NCBI GenBank assembly: GCA_043718025.1
Contig: JAYSWN010000135.1
Coordinates: 1 to 57,942, forward strand
Direction: 5' to 3'
From: Pseudomonadota bacterium
GTDB taxonomy: Bacteria > Bdellovibrionota > FAC87 > UBA2466
Length of the DNA: 57,942 bases
Shown one piece after another: positions 40,088-50,076 of this stretch. The notes below the pieces were generated by a model. It did not search any database. It had not been told where the DNA came from and saw only the letters and a program-made list of their open reading frames with translations. Positions within the stretch are counted from its first letter, which is position 1; every line of letters begins with the position of its first letter. A program made the position numbers and the translations under genes.

Positions 40088-41346
40088 CGAATAAACCAGA
40101 AGATTGCGGCCGTTAATATAGTTAACGGCAGTGACAGCGCGAGAAGCCACAGCGGGTTGATACCGCCCTCTTTTTCGAATGGCTCGTGCAGCAGCGAGGC
40201 CGCGATGGGATTGGGTGCATTGGCAATCAGCGTAAGCCCACCCCCAATCAATGCCCCCGAAACCAGAAAATATTTGGTGGCGTCGGATAAGTTCGGCACC
40301 TGTGATCCCAAAAAGGTGAGCGCGGCGTTGTCTAAAAAGGCGGTGAGGCCGATGGCTCCTAAAAAAAGGCTGGCCGATTGAAGGCTCTCAAGCAGCGGTT
40401 GAAGCCACCACGTTTGCAAGCGGCCTAACATTACCAAACCGCCGAGAAAAAAGGCGACGAGCAGACTCTCTTTGTATTTAAGTCCTTCCTGAAAATCTTT
40501 GGTGATGAAACAAAAGCCTAAGAAAAACGGTAGCGCACAGAGCAGCACCTTAGGGTGATGGGCTAAAGCGACCACGAACACAAGCCACGCTACATGAATA
40601 AGGGCTACCCAAATTGGCGCCTTCACCCGGGCGTGTCGTACCAGGGTGGTTTCAGTGTGAGATTTAATTTGTTTTTTAAAGAATAAAAAAACGATCGTCG
40701 TGTTGGCAAAAACTGCCATTAACGAGTGAATGCCGAACAAGGAAAATACCGTCGGGGTATCCCAGCCCCAACGATTAGCCACCATCAGAATGGGCGGGGC
40801 AGAAAAATGAGTCAGGGCTCCGCCGATGGAAACGTTAATCAACAGCAGCGCCAAAAGGGCGTAGCGATAGGACTTTGGCGACGGGCGAGAAAAAAAGTGG
40901 CCAAGCAAAAAAGAGGCGGTAACCGTCATCGCCGCTGGTTCGGTAATTAAACTGCCTACCAAAGGGCCAACGATAAATGCGGCGAAAAATAGAGCGTACT
41001 CACGCGACGCGGGAATTATCGATGCGATGGCTTTAATGGCCCGGTCGGTAAGATTTAAGACCGGGGCGGTGGAAGCGGAGAGCAGCACCACGAAAACAAA
41101 AATGGCTTCGGTAAAATCGGTCTCTTCAATCCACGCCAGGCTAATTTGCGGAGTTGAATAAAAGCAAAGAGTAACCCCCAGCAGCGCCGCCCAGAGTCCA
41201 AACGGCACTTCAATTTCAGATACAAAATAGAGCAAGCGACGGGTAAGCGGACCAGAGCCTCTCCTTTTTTCCCATTTGTCGATGAGGGGGGCCAAGAAGC
41301 CGTGCAGGATGGCGAGCACAAAAAACAGGGTGCCTAATTTTTCCAT
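40084..41346 (-). CDS. Putative Na+/H+ antiporter (DUF1504-like, ion transporter superfamily)
   Basis: EIEVPFGLW, GSLITEPAAMT, NVSIGGALT..APP, DNAALT and GGGLTLIANAPN. Confidence 0.85.
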   Translation of the reverse strand: MEKLGTLFFVLAILHGFLAPLIDKWEKRRGSGPLTRRLLYFVSEIEVPFGLWAALLGVTLCFYSTPQISLAWIEETDFTEAIFVFVVLLSASTAPVLNLTDRAIKAIASIIPASREYALFFAAFIVGPLVGSLITEPAAMTVTASFLLGHFFSRPSPKSYRYALLALLLINVSIGGALTHFSAPPILMVANRWGWDTPTVFSLFGIHSLMAVFANTTIVFLFFKKQIKSHTETTLVRHARVKAPIWVALIHVAWLVFVVALAHHPKVLLCALPFFLGFCFITKDFQEGLKYKESLLVAFFLGGLVMLGRLQTWWLQPLLESLQSASLFLGAIGLTAFLDNAALTFLGSQVPNLSDATKYFLVSGALIGGGLTLIANAPNPIAASLLHEPFEKEGGINPLWLLALSLPLTILTAAIFWFIR

Positions 41347-41354
41347 TTTTATCT

Positions 41355-42713
41355 CTACTCGAGCTTTCCGCTCGCAAATTCTATGATCTTGCTCAAGCCC
41401 TGGGCCCCATTGCTTTGAAAAATATCGAGGGCCACTTGGCCCGGGTTTTTACCTGACTCAAGAATGTCCCAAACCGGCTCCAAAAATTTTTCTTCGCCGT
41501 AACCACGCTCGAGCAACGTGTCTTTAGCGATACCGGCTAACTCATGCGCTAGCGAACGCACTCCGCAAGTGCCAACGATTGCCGGTAGCCCGATAGTTGC
41601 CGAGGCCATCCACACCGCTTCTAAATTGTCGGCGGTGGCCGCCGAACAATGAGCAATGGCTCGTTTGCGCGCTTCGGTGCTGTAAAGAATGCCCACCCAG
41701 AAAGCCACGGCGGCGTAGCGCTCTCGCGGACGCAGTCCGTCGATAGAGCGCACTTCCACGTAACCAGGTTTAATGCGGGCGTCGGTGAATAGTTCGCGCA
41801 AAGAATTTAGGCCGTTGTTTTCATCCGCCACGGCATTGGCAAGCTTGCCGTTGGCAATGTCGATGAGCGAGGCGCCGTTAGCGGCGATGTAGTTTCCGGC
41901 TTTGTCTTGCGCGAACATCAATGGCCGTTTTGCGGCCAGCTCAGCATATTTTTCAAAAGTAAAATCAGGCGCGAAAGCCTCGGGAAGTAACCCACTGCGA
42001 TCAGGATCGGTTTCAAGCCAAATGGTGTGGCGGTAAGAAAGCGTGTCGGCGCTCTTGTTGTGCAACACGGGAGAGTTTCCAAACAAGGCATACGAGACCG
42101 GCGCCGCCGCTAAACCGGCCCTCAGCATTTCAAGCCCTTCGGCCTCGGTGGTGTAATCCAAATTCACCTGCAGCGAACTGGTGAGGCGCATCATGCTGGT
42201 GCCGAGCCGGGCCCGCTTGCCCAAGTAGTCGGTCATGATGTGGTAACGGTGGCTCGGAATCACGTCGATATCTTCGACGCGGCCAAAGGGGTTTACCCCG
42301 AGTCCAATCCAACGCAGGCCCCAGGGGGCGGTGATCGAATCAATTTCATGTTCAAAACGCACCGTGATTTCTACTTGGTTAAGTAAGTCATCGGTGGCGT
42401 GTACCGAAAGCTCTAACTGGCTACCGGGCTCCAACGAAATTTTTCCGAATGGTGTGTTAAACCCAATCGGACGCTGGTCGTCGCCGTAGATGGGCTCCCA
42501 CTGCGGGTGGCGGCTTTTTAACGTGTTGAGTAAAGTCTCGGCGCCGTGCCGTACCTCGCCGTTGGGCCCCTTTTGTTCGCGATAATTTAGCGCTTGGCCG
42601 TCGGGCCAAATGCCGATGCGTTCAATTTCAATGCCGATACGACGATCTTTAGCCCGTCGGGCGGAATTTCTTAGCATCTCGGCAACCGGAATCCAGGGCG
42701 CATTCTTGGGCAT
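41355..42713 (-). CDS. gshA: Glutamate-cysteine ligase (GCS2, plant/alphaproteobacterial type)
   Basis: IGIEIE, SLEPGSQLELS, MMRLTSSLQVNLDY, ALFGNSP and YVEVRSID. Start placed at ATG 42713. Confidence 0.9.
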   Translation of the reverse strand: MPKNAPWIPVAEMLRNSARRAKDRRIGIEIERIGIWPDGQALNYREQKGPNGEVRHGAETLLNTLKSRHPQWEPIYGDDQRPIGFNTPFGKISLEPGSQLELSVHATDDLLNQVEITVRFEHEIDSITAPWGLRWIGLGVNPFGRVEDIDVIPSHRYHIMTDYLGKRARLGTSMMRLTSSLQVNLDYTTEAEGLEMLRAGLAAAPVSYALFGNSPVLHNKSADTLSYRHTIWLETDPDRSGLLPEAFAPDFTFEKYAELAAKRPLMFAQDKAGNYIAANGASLIDIANGKLANAVADENNGLNSLRELFTDARIKPGYVEVRSIDGLRPRERYAAVAFWVGILYSTEARKRAIAHCSAATADNLEAVWMASATIGLPAIVGTCGVRSLAHELAGIAKDTLLERGYGEEKFLEPVWDILESGKNPGQVALDIFQSNGAQGLSKIIEFASGKLE

Positions 42714-42792
42714 TGGGGGAATATAGGGGAATCCCCAGGGACGCGCAAACTTTCGCTTCACGCTGGGGGGGAACTCTGGCAAGTAGGTTTGC

Positions 42793-43770
42793 ATGGCAAA
42801 AAAAGAAAAAATTACACACCTAACGGTCTTGGCGCTGCTCGTTGGCGTGCTTGGGTTGACTTGCTCTACCGTTGCAAACGGAAGCGCGAAGCGGGAGGTT
42901 CCCGACGGCGCCCAGCTGGTTTTGCAAAAAGGCGACGCCCGGGTTGGAACCTATACGTCGAGCACCAAGGGTTTTGAAACGTCTTCGTATTGGTTAGAAG
43001 GGCCGACCGGCCTAATTTTTATCGACACCCAGTTTTTGCTATCCGCCGGTGAAGAGGCGTTGAACTGGGCCGAAAGAGCCACCGGAAAAAAGGTGGAGCT
43101 CGCCATTGTTCTCCACCCCAACCCCGATAAATTTAATGGCACCGGAATTTATCAGAAGCGCGGCATACGGGTGGTGACCTCAGATCAAGTGCGGGAGTTG
43201 ATACCCGCGGTACACAAATTAAGGCACGGTTGGTTTTACGATCGGTATAAACCCGATTATCCAAATGACCTTTCACTTCCAGAAAGTTTTGGCAAGGCGA
43301 CCACCGAACTTTCAGCGGGCGGAATAAAAGTGACGGCGCATGTGTTGGGTAAAGGGTGTAGCAATGCCCACGTGGTGGTTGAATTCGAGGGGCATCTCTT
43401 TCCCGGCGATTTGGTGACGAATTTAAATCACAGTTGGTTGGAACTAGGGCTGGTGGATGAGTGGTTGAAGCGAGTTGCCGAGTTGCAGGAGCTAGAACCT
43501 GATTACGTTCATCCGGGGCGAGGGGTTTCTGGCGGAGCTGAGTTGCTTGATCGGCAGGAGCTGTATTTGAAAACCGTTCAACGACTTGTGAAAAACGCCA
43601 AGCCGCGCCTGCCACCGAATGAAAAAAAGGCCGAGGCGATAGTTGAGAAACTGCAGGAACTCTATCCTGGGTACGGGTTCGTACATTTTATCCACATCGG
43701 CATTCCCGAGGTGATGGCCGAGCAGGCAAAATTGAATAAGCAAACGACGTCCAAGTTGAAGAAAAATTAG
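42793..43770 (+). CDS. Metallo-beta-lactamase-fold protein with variant metal ligands
   Basis: FIDTQF, HPNPDK (in place of HxHxDH), FPGDL and VHPGRG; export signal at the N-terminus. Confidence 0.85.
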   Translation: MAKKEKITHLTVLALLVGVLGLTCSTVANGSAKREVPDGAQLVLQKGDARVGTYTSSTKGFETSSYWLEGPTGLIFIDTQFLLSAGEEALNWAERATGKKVELAIVLHPNPDKFNGTGIYQKRGIRVVTSDQVRELIPAVHKLRHGWFYDRYKPDYPNDLSLPESFGKATTELSAGGIKVTAHVLGKGCSNAHVVVEFEGHLFPGDLVTNLNHSWLELGLVDEWLKRVAELQELEPDYVHPGRGVSGGAELLDRQELYLKTVQRLVKNAKPRLPPNEKKAEAIVEKLQELYPGYGFVHFIHIGIPEVMAEQAKLNKQTTSKLKKN

Positions 43771-45197
43771 GCGGCCATTTTTTTTTGGGTAAGCCAAACG
43801 TAACGTTTTGAATTGCCCGATCCACTGGCCGCAAAATAGCCATCGGCGCTGGCTTGTTTTAAAAAACGGTGAGCCGAGGTTTGTGAAACTCCCAGCCACT
43901 TTTCGACGTCGGCGCGTGAGAATGATTGGGAGTGGCTAAGTTCTCTCACCCTACCCGCCCACACCTGCTCACGAGAGAGAGTGGTGGAGTTTACTTCATG
44001 GCGCAGCACGACCGGACCGCTGGCCACTAATGAGTAGCCATCGTCTTGGTAACCGATCTCAAGCGGCAAATTGGCCTCTTTCACCCATTCACGAAAACGT
44101 TGGATTACCCGGTGAACTCGCATCGGGGACGTGAGGGGATGGAAATTTTCGTCCGGATAGATCGCAGAAAAAATGCCGACCAAGGGAACCGGGCGGTAGT
44201 GGTCTGAAGCGACGGCGTTTAAGAAGCGGTAAACGGCTTGACCCACTTTTACCTTTGCCGCCGCACCACGGCTGTCTGGCTTGGCGGATTCAATTAGCTG
44301 ACCCGTAGCTAAATGGAAAAGCGGGGAATACGAGTGGTCGCCCCCCAGTTTTGCATCAAAGAAGGGGGCCGGAGAATAGCGACCCCCCATTTGGTGAATA
44401 AACCTCTTTCGGTAGGCTTCACACGGCGTCCCAAAAAACACCCGATCGGCCGCAGTGATGTCACCGGCCCAAACGGCCAAAATACGGTCGCAGTCGCGAA
44501 CCGTTTCCCAATGCTTTAAACGTAAGGCCTCCGTCTTCACTTCCTCATTTTGGATGCGACCCGCCGTCGAGTTTTGGTTAATGGCCAGTTCCACTACCAT
44601 TCGCCATTTCTTTAAGATCAACCCCGTGATGCGGTCGGACGCTAAGATTTCTTTCTCGGCGTTCTCCAGCCAACGGAGGGCTCCCTCGTAGTCCACTTTC
44701 GAAATACAGACCTGAGCGCAAAGCTCATGTAGGTGGGTGCATAAAAGTGGGTGCTGGTTTTCGCGCGTAACCTTGATTAGCTCGGCCAGTTTAAGCTCTG
44801 GGTCGGAGAATTGTTCTTCCGCAACGAGGGCCTCACAGAGGTTTACCCGGGCAACGAGTCGTTGGTGGGCAGGTGCCTCTTTCCACGCCAAGTAGTTTTT
44901 AAAATGCGGAATCGAGGCGCCGAAGTCCCCACGGAGGGCGCAATCCCATGCTCGGTAGAGGTCAACCGGCGGATACTCCTTTGAATTGATGTTCTCAAGA
45001 ATTGTAGACGCCTCTTTGCGGCCACCTAGTCGCATGAGACTTAGCGCGTACTCAGCCTGCTGATGCGCCGAGCCTCCTATTTCGGTGATGTGAATTGGGC
45101 GGACGATGGAGTTTAAGCTGCGAACCGCTAGGCTGAATTGGCCAAGCCCTTTGGCCGCGTCTTCCGGGTGGTTTAGGAAATACCTAGCATCATTCAT
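43767..45197 (-). CDS. TPR-like repeat protein with C-terminal winged-helix/HTH domains (putative regulator)
   Basis: Helical-repeat N-terminus, OmpR-like segment RVHRVIQRFR...GYSL and HTH FSRADVEKWLGVSQTSAHRFL. Confidence 0.65.
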   Translation of the reverse strand: MNDARYFLNHPEDAAKGLGQFSLAVRSLNSIVRPIHITEIGGSAHQQAEYALSLMRLGGRKEASTILENINSKEYPPVDLYRAWDCALRGDFGASIPHFKNYLAWKEAPAHQRLVARVNLCEALVAEEQFSDPELKLAELIKVTRENQHPLLCTHLHELCAQVCISKVDYEGALRWLENAEKEILASDRITGLILKKWRMVVELAINQNSTAGRIQNEEVKTEALRLKHWETVRDCDRILAVWAGDITAADRVFFGTPCEAYRKRFIHQMGGRYSPAPFFDAKLGGDHSYSPLFHLATGQLIESAKPDSRGAAAKVKVGQAVYRFLNAVASDHYRPVPLVGIFSAIYPDENFHPLTSPMRVHRVIQRFREWVKEANLPLEIGYQDDGYSLVASGPVVLRHEVNSTTLSREQVWAGRVRELSHSQSFSRADVEKWLGVSQTSAHRFLKQASADGYFAASGSGNSKRYVWLTQKKMAA

Positions 45198-45301
45198 AAG
45201 TTACCGATTTTAAATAGGGTTTAGACCTTAGTCCGCTAACCAATTAAGTCTGACAGTAATGTGTGAAGCAAATATGGGGGCGATTGGACTGCTGACCGCC
45301 T

Positions 45302-45317
45302 TGGCACGGCATTCGCT
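45302..45317 (+). promoter_or_regulatory. Sigma54 promoter
   Basis: TGGCACGGCATTCGCT (GG-N10-GC), 24 nt before the GTG at 45342, which has RBS GAGGT. Confidence 0.7.
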
Positions 45318-45341
45318 ATACGAACGCATTGAGGTTTAGCT

Positions 45342-45635
45342 GTGCGGCTTTTTCTAATTTTGTCATTTTTTGTCACCCTAAATGCGAGTGCTATAGACAC
45401 GGACAAAGCTGCCCACTTAGGGGTAGCTTACATGGCCACTACGATGAGCTACGGAATGTTCAAAGGTTTGGGCATGGAAAACCGTGCGGTGAGCTCTCTC
45501 TTTGCCGCGACTCTAGTCGGTATGGTTTCCACCATGAAAGAGCTCGGGGATAAACGGGCCGATGGGGGCGACATTGCGCACAACGCCTTAGGCATTGGCC
45601 TGAGCGTTGGCACAATCTGGGCCTTTGAATTGTAA
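45342..45635 (+). CDS. Small YfiM/DUF2279-like exported or membrane protein
   Basis: Signal peptide, DKAAH, KELGD and DIAHNALG. Confidence 0.7.
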   Translation: MRLFLILSFFVTLNASAIDTDKAAHLGVAYMATTMSYGMFKGLGMENRAVSSLFAATLVGMVSTMKELGDKRADGGDIAHNALGIGLSVGTIWAFEL

Positions 45636-45661
45636 GGCGCTAAGGTTTAACTGCCGTTGCT

Positions 45662-47143
45662 CTATTGAATAAATCTTTGCACCTGAGCCACCGTTGCCGA
45701 CTGCGGTAATTTCTCGGTGAGAAGGCCGGTAATCCATTTTCCAAGCGCCAAAGTGTTAAACGGAGTCGTAACCTGCTCTCCTACGTTACCGAGCCCGTGC
45801 CTGACTATGAGTGGTACCTGGGTATCATTGAAACCGTGATCTCCCGTAACAAAGACGACGGTACGATTGGCTAGCGGAGACGCATCAAGATGGCTGAAAA
45901 ATGAAGCTATCGTCTGATCAACCAAAGGCATGTTACTGGCGAGGATTTTCTCTTGTATCGCTTCCTTCAATATTTTTCCCTGTACCGCATCGAAGACAAT
46001 CGGATCGTGAGGAAACGGGTAATGGAGCACGATAAAATCTAAGTCGGGATCGGTTGCTATTTGCAGCGATCTTTGTATCTGCTGTTGAACTCGCTTTGGG
46101 TATTCGGCATTTCCGTGATTCCGTGCAAGCCTGATTTCGGAAATAAATTGTTGGATATTAGCCAAAACGTGCCGGCTGTAACTTGGCCTTTCTTCTTCAT
46201 GGAAAGGATATCGCTCACATTGAGAAAGATATCGCCCATAAAGCTGGCAAAAAGGGAGGGTATAGCCGATTACCGCCGAACGGATGCCAGTTTTGTGAAG
46301 ACGTTGGAAGAGATGTGAATCAAAATTAAACTCTTGATCACTTTGCGAACCCTCTAGTCGGTAGAGAAACTTTTTTTCTTTTGTCCAGCGCAGCGCGCCG
46401 GTCACTTTTTGTTCTTGGAAAAGGCTGACGAAGCTATTTATGGTTGAACGGCCAGGCGAATTAACGTTTGTAAAAGCAGTGTTCTTTTTTTCGAACTCTT
46501 GAAAAAAAGGAGATTTGGGTTTTCCGACTATTCGCCAGTACTTGTCTCCGTCACCCAAGCGGTCGAACACCATGAGAATCACTCGCGTTGAGCTGGTTCT
46601 CTGCGCGAGAATGGGAATTCTTTTCTTGCTGTCGACGAGGTTTTGGGAATCGACAGCCCGTACCGCTGCAGTTGCCGATAGAGTTAAAAAGAGAGGGAAA
46701 AACAGGGTTAGCGAAGCGCGCAGCAGATTGCTGGTTGGCAGCCGGAACTTTTTGCAGAACAGAAGAATCGGAAGCATCGCCACCAAAACAAACGCTAAGG
46801 CGACCGGTGCTGAAACATTAAGGTAGTGTCGAGCCGTATTTAGGAGGAAACAAGACAACAATGCGATTAAGGCGTTGCCCACTTGAGGCCCATGCGACGG
46901 AAAACGAGCCGCGAACCGTAAACAGGAAAAAACGACCCCAGCTACGAGTAACACCGTAAGCGGGAGGGCTAGCAACGCCGCCGGAGTTACGTCAAATGAC
47001 TCGAAGGTAAAAAAGGTTTCAACTGCGTACTTCGAGCGTTCAGTAAAATAGCCGCTTAGCAAAGAATGCCACTGTTTAATAAACAGGAGATTCGCCAAAG
47101 AGATCGAACAAATCAGGTCATTAGTTCGTCCCTTGAGTGTCAT
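45662..47143 (-). CDS. Membrane-anchored sulfatase/alkaline-phosphatase superfamily protein (LTA-synthase-like layout)
   Basis: About five N-terminal TM segments, MVFD, a Thr at the nucleophile position (SPGRSTINS), LHYPFPHDP and TGDHG. Confidence 0.75.
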   Translation of the reverse strand: MTLKGRTNDLICSISLANLLFIKQWHSLLSGYFTERSKYAVETFFTFESFDVTPAALLALPLTVLLVAGVVFSCLRFAARFPSHGPQVGNALIALLSCFLLNTARHYLNVSAPVALAFVLVAMLPILLFCKKFRLPTSNLLRASLTLFFPLFLTLSATAAVRAVDSQNLVDSKKRIPILAQRTSSTRVILMVFDRLGDGDKYWRIVGKPKSPFFQEFEKKNTAFTNVNSPGRSTINSFVSLFQEQKVTGALRWTKEKKFLYRLEGSQSDQEFNFDSHLFQRLHKTGIRSAVIGYTLPFCQLYGRYLSQCERYPFHEEERPSYSRHVLANIQQFISEIRLARNHGNAEYPKRVQQQIQRSLQIATDPDLDFIVLHYPFPHDPIVFDAVQGKILKEAIQEKILASNMPLVDQTIASFFSHLDASPLANRTVVFVTGDHGFNDTQVPLIVRHGLGNVGEQVTTPFNTLALGKWITGLLTEKLPQSATVAQVQRFIQ

Positions 47144-47241
47144 ATTTATTTAGAATTTAATTAATGGAAATATATCTCAGGGATGGTAACACTTCCGCTT
47201 TACGTCGACAACTACCTTAGTTTGCAAAGTTTTTCGCAGCA

Positions 47242-49533
47242 CTAAATGGTTTCCGCCAAGTCTGTAGAGTTTAACTTCGGCAACCAACGCAACGCGCGCT
47301 GTAAAATCCATACGTAAGCCTCGGGCACGCAGATTAGGCTCATTAGGCAAAAGATCAGTGTGACCATACTTACGATAAATAGCGCAGCGCGAATTGGATC
47401 TTGGGGAAAATTAATTTCCACCACGTTTTTTCCCGGCTCCAGATCGAAGCCGAGAAAGCCCGGCCCAACCCAGCGTGGAACGCCCTTCTTGCCATTGACC
47501 ATAATATTCCAGCGTGGGTGGTATCCGGTTCTCAGCATTCCCACCGCTCCCGCGGCCGTCTGTTCAAGCTCCGCTTTGTAGTTTCCGCTTTCCACTCTTT
47601 CCCAAGAGTTAACTTGGCCCCATACCCAGCCATGGCGCGGCACGTCGCTGGTTTTTTGCGCGGTAAGTTTTGGCACCGATTCGGGCCAGCGCTTTACCAC
47701 GGCGGCTGGAATGATGGCTGGGTAATGGCCCACTTGAGACTCAGGCCCCAACACCCAAGGAATCACCGCATCGAGGTAGAGTTGATCTTTAGGAACCAAC
47801 AAAACTTTATTCACCCCAACGACGTCAAACATACCCACCGCCGGCGTGGTGAAAACGGCGACCGCTTTATTGGAATAGATTTTTTTAAGAAAGGGCGGTG
47901 GCTGGTCTGAAGTCTTAAGAATTACCGACTGCACATTGAAAAGGCGGTAATGGTACTCACGTTTAAATTTGAACAGATGAGCCACTTCCGATGGGTAGCT
48001 CATATGATGGTGAATTTGGGCAATCTGGGGGTAATCAAAATAATCAGCGATAGTTTCATATCCGATTATTCCTAGATTGATCGCTTTCTCCGGTGCGTAA
48101 AAGTCGGGAGCCTTAAAATCAAGCACGGGCAACCATAGGCTTCCGCGCTTAAGCTCATTGTGCAGGCTTCCAAAAATTTGCGGGTCTAGGGTCTGATTGA
48201 TTTCTGCTTGGGTGCGGATTTTACTATCGGTATTTCTTAAAAATGTTGCTCGCTCGAAGAAAGGGTAACCAACTAAGGCGACGAGTAACAGCAAGGCAAG
48301 GCCGCGAACTAAAACAACTTCGCGGCGGCGTAAAGACCAGTCTGACAAAAACTCAATTCTGCCGCGAGCAAGGCTTAAGAAAAAACTGGCGCCTGTGGCG
48401 GCCAACAATATTAAGGCGATTTGAATCAATGAAGCCGTTCTCACGAGCATGATCTGACCAAAACCAGGAATCCAATCTAAGCGCGAGCCATAGCTAGTGC
48501 GCCCACTAAACAAGAGAACGCCTAGAATTAAAAACATAACGCCTACTCGTCCCGTCCGAAAAGTTCGAGTGGCCCCGGGGGCAAACGCAGAAAAAAAACC
48601 CACGTAGGCCAGTAGAGTGATTGTGTGTATTCGTTGCCAATCAAGGAGAGCTCCGCTGAGCACTAACTCCAGGGCTTTGCCAAAACCGAGCCCATCCCAG
48701 CGCTCACTGCCTTCAAAAGCGCTTTTCGCCAGGACTAATGGGCCGTCTTGAAGGACGCTGAGCAATTGGTAGCTACAGAGCAGAAGAAATAGTGCTGCGG
48801 TTACGACGCCCATTTTAATCAAGTCTCGAACTCGAATCCACTTGAGCACTGCGCCAAAAATTGCCAAAAACCCAAAACTTAAAAGCGCCATGTAGCCGTA
48901 AAAATGGTGCAGCAAAAAACTAAGACTTATCCAAAAACCTAACGGGAGAACTTGGCGAAGGGTGTTAGTTCGCGGATGTTTACCCCATCCCGTGAGCTTC
49001 GCACTCCAGGCCAAGGCCAAAAGGAAGGGACCAAAGGCAAGGGATTGAGTATAAAGACCGAAGCCACCTAAAAGATAGGACTGAAGCTGATGCGACATGT
49101 ACACCGTCGACGACAGCAAGGGGCAAAACCAAGCCACCATCAAGGCGCTATCACGAGAGTACCCCATGAGACGCGCGGCCCGATAGCCGGCGGGGCATTG
49201 CAGGGTTAGAGCTAACATTGTCACCAGGTGAAGGGAGCGAGAAGGATACGGCAGGCCGGCCGCCCAAGTGAATGCGGCCGCAAGGTAGTGGCCAAGATTT
49301 TGGTACGTGCGGAATGCCGAATTGCCTAAGGCGATCCCGTCTTCCCAGCTATCTAACCCCAAGTTGCCGTGTTTAAAGGCGGCGAGAATTCGATAAACCA
49401 TTCGCTCGTGGAGCGCAAAATCATTGTTATTGAAGCCACCGTATTGTCCCCCCTTCCACAGTAGGATTGCCCATAGCAAGGTAACCGCAAGCAGAACAAG
49501 GTGAGCGGGGCGCATATTTACATAGCGACGCAT
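47242..49533 (-). CDS. Large GT-C-like membrane protein (YfhO-like)
   Basis: About 13 TM segments, NDFALH in loop 1, and a YfhO-like C-terminus (GYHPRW...GFLGFDLEPGKNVVEINF). Start is ATG 49533 or 49515. Confidence 0.7.
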   Translation of the reverse strand: MRRYVNMRPAHLVLLAVTLLWAILLWKGGQYGGFNNNDFALHERMVYRILAAFKHGNLGLDSWEDGIALGNSAFRTYQNLGHYLAAAFTWAAGLPYPSRSLHLVTMLALTLQCPAGYRAARLMGYSRDSALMVAWFCPLLSSTVYMSHQLQSYLLGGFGLYTQSLAFGPFLLALAWSAKLTGWGKHPRTNTLRQVLPLGFWISLSFLLHHFYGYMALLSFGFLAIFGAVLKWIRVRDLIKMGVVTAALFLLLCSYQLLSVLQDGPLVLAKSAFEGSERWDGLGFGKALELVLSGALLDWQRIHTITLLAYVGFFSAFAPGATRTFRTGRVGVMFLILGVLLFSGRTSYGSRLDWIPGFGQIMLVRTASLIQIALILLAATGASFFLSLARGRIEFLSDWSLRRREVVLVRGLALLLLVALVGYPFFERATFLRNTDSKIRTQAEINQTLDPQIFGSLHNELKRGSLWLPVLDFKAPDFYAPEKAINLGIIGYETIADYFDYPQIAQIHHHMSYPSEVAHLFKFKREYHYRLFNVQSVILKTSDQPPPFLKKIYSNKAVAVFTTPAVGMFDVVGVNKVLLVPKDQLYLDAVIPWVLGPESQVGHYPAIIPAAVVKRWPESVPKLTAQKTSDVPRHGWVWGQVNSWERVESGNYKAELEQTAAGAVGMLRTGYHPRWNIMVNGKKGVPRWVGPGFLGFDLEPGKNVVEINFPQDPIRAALFIVSMVTLIFCLMSLICVPEAYVWILQRALRWLPKLNSTDLAETI

Positions 49534-49543
49534 AGTCAAAACC

Positions 49544-49588
49544 AAAAAAAAAGGGCCAACGAAATCGTATCCGATTTCGTTGGCCCTT
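49544..49588 (-). terminator. Strong Rho-independent terminator ending the three-secreted-protein operon
   Basis: Perfect 17-bp stem AAGGGCCAACGAAATCG / CGATTTCGTTGGCCCTT with a 4-nt loop and a T-tract on the minus strand. Confidence 0.93.
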
Positions 49589-49607
49589 CCGAATACATTA
49601 TTGCTTC

Positions 49608-50009
49608 TTAATCGCGATCTAAGGCGTCTTGTCGCTCGCTGGTTATCCCATCTTGGGACAATGGCTTAGACTCGCTGGTCGCCCTAACGGCTATGGTTGA
49701 GTACATTACAGAGCTCATTGCCAGAAAGGTTGTATTGTTAGCGGCAATAGCGTCTGGGGTTTTCAAGTCGTAGGCGCCTACTTTCATTTTTTTGTCCGCC
49801 TTTAGGTGTGTACCGGTTACGTTTCCACCATCGACGGCAATGAAGAAGGCAGAGCGCGTGGTGTCGGTGCCATAGGTCTGCTGGCCAGTTTTCATAAAGG
49901 TAGAGTCAGCAGCAAAGGGATCACCGTTATTACTAAAGTACTTCGGTGCAACGGCGCCAAGAGCAATGGTTGTAATAGTAGTAAAGAGAATTAATGGATA
50001 TTTAAGCAT
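49608..50009 (-). CDS. Hypothetical secreted protein, 133 aa, no Cys
   Basis: Signal-peptide-like N-terminus, RBS AGGA, Thr/Ala-rich. Confidence 0.75.
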   Translation of the reverse strand: MLKYPLILFTTITTIALGAVAPKYFSNNGDPFAADSTFMKTGQQTYGTDTTRSAFFIAVDGGNVTGTHLKADKKMKVGAYDLKTPDAIAANNTTFLAMSSVMYSTIAVRATSESKPLSQDGITSERQDALDRD

Positions 50010-50076
50010 GAATTTTCCTGTCTTTTGTAAATTTGTTTTTTTTATTAATTGTGTCCATGATTGCCATTGGCCAAAA

